Both the position numbers and the translations under genes were made by a program. From Paramuribaculum sp. (GTDB lineage: Bacteria; Bacteroidota; Bacteroidia; Bacteroidales; Muribaculaceae), in the NCBI GenBank assembly GCA_009775605.1, contig VSPV01000001.1, forward strand, positions 1 through 44,071: DNA of 44,071 nt. The letters run 5' to 3'. Positions 43,972 to 44,071 of this stretch are shown here, one piece after another. The notes under the pieces are model-generated. The model was not told where the DNA came from, searched no databases, and worked only from the letters and a program-made list of their open reading frames with translations. Position 1 is the stretch's first letter, and every line of letters starts with the position of its first letter.

Positions 43972-44071
43972 TCCACACCCCAGCCGCCTGAGTGGGCGCA
44001 AAAGAAAAGCGCGGGCCGCAGGGGCACGCGCCGGGGGAGGTCGGGATGGGTATGTGAGTTGATTCTCATAG

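Noticed and set aside
41500..44071. Complete DGR cassette next to the tip pilin
   Set aside because: No reverse transcriptase ORF and no adenine-variant template repeat was seen in the window.

Overview
Chromosomal window from a Bacteroidales bacterium, probably Muribaculaceae-like (inferred from the GC-rich core, TAnnTTTG promoters and the tmRNA tag GENNYALAA). Left to right: (1) the AT-rich end of a probable island abutting the 3' end of tmRNA (ssrA), carrying a 4Fe-4S ferredoxin, an A1S_2505-type macro-like protein and an AbiEi/AbiEii type IV toxin-antitoxin pair; (2) housekeeping genes: NhaC antiporter, 3'-5' exonuclease, bioD, lgt, Ser-type sulfatase, glyA, flavin reductase, pyrI, pyrB; (3) a sigma54-type two-component system linked to a MacAB-TolC-like efflux operon with a candidate -24/-12 promoter and enhancer repeats, bracketed by three GTAG-type REP doublets (REPIN-like); (4) a K-channel-like protein with an atypical filter, nitroreductase, GH2 glycosidase, BamA/TamA-family protein, HAD hydrolase and a secreted choloylglycine-hydrolase-family enzyme; (5) a seven-gene type V pilus (Mfa/Fim-like) operon with a ~300-nt leader and a tip pilin whose variable region is compositionally foreign and ends in a CLec-like motif. 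No CRISPR array, integrase, transposase or reverse transcriptase was recognised. All family assignments come from reading motifs by eye; no searches were run, and GC statements are visual estimates.
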